NCBI GenBank assembly: GCA_964389375.1
Contig: CAYMDP010000007.1
Coordinates: forward strand, 8,701-72,700
Reading direction: 5' to 3'
DNA from: an uncultured Pseudobdellovibrionaceae bacterium
GTDB taxonomy: Bacteria; Bdellovibrionota; Bdellovibrionia; Bdellovibrionales; UBA1609
Length of the DNA: 64,000 nt
This document shows, in pieces, positions 62,790 through 64,000 of this stretch. The translations under genes were made by a program, and so were the position numbers. The notes beneath the pieces are model-generated. The model worked only from the letters and a program-made list of their open reading frames with translations. It had not been told where the DNA came from and made no database searches. How positions within the stretch are numbered: position 1 is the stretch's first letter; every line of letters starts with the position of its first letter.

Positions 62790-64000
62790 ATCTATTTGCC
62801 ACACCTGAATTTAAAGTTGGAATGCTTGTGGTGGTGGTCTCAGGACTGATTGGCTACATGTCCTTAAAGGTGTCAGAAGGGCCTGGAATTTTTTCTGGCG
62901 GACAAAAATACGATGTCGTCGTAGATGACGCCGGCGGCTTGGTTAAAAACAGTGCTGTAAAAATGGCAGGTATCAAGGTTGGAACAATTGAAGACATTAT
63001 TTTAGAAGATGGAAAAGCCAAACTAAAACTTAGGTTTGATCGTGGAGTTCCAATCACCTCATCTAGCCGAGTGGCCCTAAAGGCTGACGGAATTTTAGGG
63101 GACCGCCATGTCGAAATTCAACCGGGAAAGCCTGAAGATCCCGTTCTTCCATCTGGTAGTTCCTTGCCCGCAGAAAGTGGTGCCAGTGGAGTCGACAATA
63201 TCGTTCAAGAGATCAGCCGAGTTTCTAAGTCTTTAAATTCTTTGATGGAGACCTTAAACGAAGCGACTCAGCACGGATCAGATAAAACAACGATTGGCCG
63301 CATTGTTTTAAACGTCGAAAAAATCACTCAGGATCTCGCTGAAGTCACAGATAAAAATAAGTCTAAGTTAAACAACATTATGTCCAGGATCGAGAACCTG
63401 TCGATTAACCTCGACAGATATCTTAACGAAGACAACCTTTCTCGAGTCCAAGCGGCAGTTCGTAATATCGAAGAAATCACCGAAAAGATCAATCGGGGAG
63501 AAGGGACCATCGGTCGCTTAATCAACGACGAGACCACGGTTGAAGAGTTAAACTCAGCCATCACCAACGTGAATAAGTTTTTGGGTGGCGCGGATGTGAT
63601 GGAAACCAGCATCGATTTTCACTCGGAATATATGGCCAATTCGGATCTGACGAAATCCTATTTGGGGATCAAGATTCAGCCGGGGCTTGATCGGTACTAC
63701 GAAATCCAGGTTATTGATGACCCTGTTGGTCTAAAGGGAAGAACATTTACTGAGGTCAGTCAAAATGGTGGCCCGGTACAGACCGAACAAAAGACTGTGA
63801 CTTTTCAAGATCGGGTGAAGTTTTCAGCATTGTTTGCGAAAAACTTCTATGATTTTACGGTTAAGGGCGGAATTATCGAAAATTCTGGTGGAGTCGGCTT
63901 TGACTATCACTTTTTTGATAGACGCCTTCAGTTATCTACAGAGTTTTTTGGCTTCAGCGATCTTTACGGACGCGCCTTTGTACGCTACAACTTCTTCAAA
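62786..64000 (+). CDS. mlaD: MCE/MlaD-family substrate-binding protein (3' end lies outside the window)
   Basis: Not in the ORF track because there is no stop in the window. My own translation from ATG 62786 gives MNLFATPEFKVGMLVVVVSGLIGYMSLKV…VKMAGIKVGTIEDI…ADGILGDRHVEIQPG…GEGTIGRLINDETT, with no stop through 64000. ATGA overlap with mlaF. Confidence 0.85.
   Translation, partial: MNLFATPEFKVGMLVVVVSGLIGYMSLKVSEGPGIFSGGQKYDVVVDDAGGLVKNSAVKMAGIKVGTIEDIILEDGKAKLKLRFDRGVPITSSSRVALKADGILGDRHVEIQPGKPEDPVLPSGSSLPAESGASGVDNIVQEISRVSKSLNSLMETLNEATQHGSDKTTIGRIVLNVEKITQDLAEVTDKNKSKLNNIMSRIENLSINLDRYLNEDNLSRVQAAVRNIEEITEKINRGEGTIGRLINDETTVEELNSAITNVNKFLGGADVMETSIDFHSEYMANSDLTKSYLGIKIQPGLDRYYEIQVIDDPVGLKGRTFTEVSQNGGPVQTEQKTVTFQDRVKFSALFAKNFYDFTVKGGIIENSGGVGFDYHFFDRRLQLSTEFFGFSDLYGRAFVRYNFFK

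Noticed and set aside
1-64000. Search by eye for tRNA, rRNA, tmRNA or riboswitch-like conserved elements in the larger intergenic gaps (549-969, 2866-3300, 7832-8399, 27331-27619, 29754-30039, 52373-52593, 56266-56447).
   Set aside because: I recognised no cloverleaf-compatible sequence and no known riboswitch core. tRNAscan-SE or Infernal would be needed for a definitive negative.

Overview
Chromosomal window of about 64 kb from a Gram-negative bacterium. By eye I found no rRNA, tRNA, CRISPR array, transposase, integrase or phage genes. The abundance of outer-membrane barrels and lipoproteins and a CdgA-like degenerate GGDEF protein suggest a Bdellovibrio-like or 'deltaproteobacterial' lineage, but that is weak inference only.

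Backbone genes: a dcw division/cell-wall cluster (murD, ftsW, murG, murC, murB, ddl, ftsQ, ftsA, ftsZ), followed by an lpxH-like phosphoesterase, an M14-like peptidase and a hydrolase. The rest is nadK-recN-recQ, dcp, LemA-TPM-TPM, an acyl-CoA ligase, a PEGA Ser/Thr kinase, coaE, an AddAB-type helicase-nuclease pair, nadB, a histidine kinase with a pseudo-receiver/degenerate GGDEF partner, alr, and mlaEFD (mlaD runs off the 3' edge).

Observations worth a second look:
1. At least three families of long, perfectly paired palindromic intergenic elements. One family brackets a reverse-oriented 3-gene cassette that splits murD from ftsW. A second family forms a nested 374-bp structure between murB and ddl, recurs as a 46-bp-stem hairpin, and supplies the AGG-TAA (Arg-stop) end of both murB and nadB.
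2. An AT-richer four-gene island at 15.6-20.1 kb. It encodes a secreted 6x C-x4-C-x3-G-W repeat protein and a 748-aa protein with an Asp/Asn beta-hydroxylase-like cupin domain.
3. A Q/N/Y/C-rich lipoprotein divergently paired with a secreted protein-glutamine-glutaminase-like enzyme.
4. A 6.6-kb envelope locus with three paralogous FadL/PorV-like barrels interleaved with Cys-rich lipoproteins.

All functional calls rest on motif recognition by eye; no database search was run.
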